Source: Paraphysomonas bandaiensis
Taxonomy: Eukaryota; Protista; Chrysophyceae
NCBI GenBank assembly: GCA_965644295.1
Contig: CBFFRP010000407.1
Span: forward strand, 1 to 64,000
Reading direction: 5' to 3'
Length of the DNA stretch: 64,000 nucleotides
A program made the position numbers and the translations under genes. Shown here piece by piece: positions 63,725 through 64,000 of the stretch; position 1 is the first letter of the stretch; every line of letters begins with the position of its first letter. A model generated the notes under the pieces. It made no database searches, was not told where the DNA came from, and saw nothing but the letters and a program-made list of their open reading frames with translations.

Positions 63725-64000
63725 TAAATGTCTGATTATTAGCAATAGGCGTGTAAGAGTCGACACTAATTTAGTAGTTTGCAATTACCTAACTTGTGCT
63801 TAACTCTGATTTCCTACTATTCAACGCTACAAAATCTGCTTGTGCGTTACCGCTAGAACCAAGGCGCAACCGCTTTTGCTCTATCTGAGCGAACGCAGTG
63901 AGTAAGCAGAATGTTGATATACCTGACATCTGCTAACTTCAGGGTTGTTGAGTTCTTAAGGTGACTACCCCGGATGCTTGTGACTTTAGCAGGCAGTCCA
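63725..64000 (-). mobile_element. SINE-like element copy F (runs off the window edge)
   Basis: Matches 29521-29762, including both tail blocks. Confidence 0.75.

Overview
This is eukaryotic nuclear DNA with short GT-AG introns, many 40-60 nt. The gene content (a flagellar PGP-repeat protein, a PT-repeat membrane protein, a TPK-like channel) suggests a flagellated stramenopile-type protist; that taxonomy is an inference. Most genes sit in head-to-head pairs: C2-domain protein / SHIPPO-type PGP-repeat protein; RCC1+ankyrin protein / a ~4,030-aa coiled-coil-Tudor-WW protein with a 156-bp tandem repeat; EF-hand protein / Pro-Thr membrane protein; an internally duplicated two-pore K+ channel-like gene / a tandem-USP protein. 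Two near-identical HSP20 genes lie 44.7 kb apart. The centre (31-48 kb) holds four H2B-H2A divergent pairs, three in tandem and one forming a ~3-kb inverted repeat. No H3 or H4 is present, and every histone gene carries a 6-bp-stem/4-nt-loop 3' hairpin. Intergenic DNA carries hAT-like DNA-transposon relics and a retroposon family group. In that group, 5'-truncated LINE copies (CCHC knuckle) and a ~460-500-bp non-coding, non-tRNA SINE-like element with 10-12-bp TSDs share a structured 3' tail. One LINE copy sits exactly inside the GNRA hairpin of another family member's tail.
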